A stretch of DNA of 64,000 bases from Haliotis rufescens (taxonomy: Eukaryota), in the NCBI RefSeq assembly GCF_023055435.1, contig NW_025963779.1, positions 64,418,001 through 64,482,000 on the forward strand, written 5' to 3'. A program made the translations under genes and the position numbers. Below, piece after piece: positions 63,596 through 64,000 of the stretch. Each line of letters opens with the position of its first letter. The first letter of the stretch is position 1. A model generated the notes under the pieces. The model was given only the letters and a program-made list of their open reading frames with translations, did not search any database and was not told the origin of the DNA.

Positions 63596-63709
63596 CCAGG
63601 GTGCCATTGTACAAAGCGATCTTAGCGCCAAGGTGATTGTAACTCCCATACCTTGACATAGACTACGACAGTCGTAGCGCTGAGGTTGTTTTGTACCACT
63701 GCACCCTGG
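63596..63709. mobile_element. Short palindromic MITE
   Basis: CCAGGGTGC..TACAAA..CTTAGCGC / GCGCTGAG..TTTGTA..GCACCCTGG. Confidence 0.55.
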
Positions 63710-63716
63710 TCTTCTT

Positions 63717-64000
63717 ACCGCCTCCGTGGTCTTGTGGTAGAGCGTCCGCCCGGAGAGCGGAAGGTCTGGGGTTCGATCCCCAGCCGCGTCATACCAAAAG
63801 ACGTTAAAAGATGGTACTTGTTGTTAACCTGTCTGGCGCTCGGCATTAAGGGGCTAAAACAAGGACTGGTCGGCTCGGAGTCAGTATACTGTGTCTGAGT
63901 GGGATATTAATGTTAAACTGCGGCATGGTATCTCAGTGAGCTAGCACTATAAATCGGCATCAGTCCGGACTAGTACAAGCAGCCACACAAACACACACGT
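63717..64000 (+). mobile_element. SINE family D (tRNA head plus Meta-domain-like core)
   Basis: A box TGGTCTTGTGG, B box GGTTCGATCCC, then GTCATACCAAAAGACGTTAAAAGATGGTAC. Other copies at 38-262 (-) and 20588-21077. Confidence 0.75.

Noticed and set aside
63717-63790. tRNA gene
   Set aside because: It is the head of SINE family D, with multiple degenerate copies in the window.

Overview
AT-rich, intron-containing animal genomic DNA. The repeat content suggests a mollusc, possibly a gastropod (inference). There is one assembly gap (20886-21031). I rebuilt five host genes from splice sites and reading frame: UBAP1 (+, 7 coding exons, 2165-21520, about 584 aa); a 4xCCCH / RWD-like / CHY zinc-finger gene (-, 10 coding exons, 31593-38256, about 845 aa); an intronless, divergent mitochondrial EF-Tu head-to-head with it (+, 38916-40331, EF-Tu2-like); an uncharacterised gene (-, 43407-45471); and a GOLM2/CASC4-like gene (+, 51275 to about 63068). 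UBAP1 introns hold two large elements. One is an apparently intact 5-kb PIF/Harbinger transposon whose transposase and MADF-BESS genes have interleaved exons on opposite strands. The other is a full-length DIRS retrotransposon with perfect ITRs and ICR but decayed ORFs. The window also has two Tc1 relics, several MITEs with clear TSDs, a 2-kb 32-bp minisatellite and four SINE-like families (labelled A-D here). The best lead for something new is SINE family C. It lacks a tRNA head and begins with a roughly 70-nt pseudoknot-like RNA fold that shows compensatory base changes between copies, so it is a candidate self-cleaving ribozyme or other functional 5' RNA module. All family assignments come from motif recognition; no searches were run.
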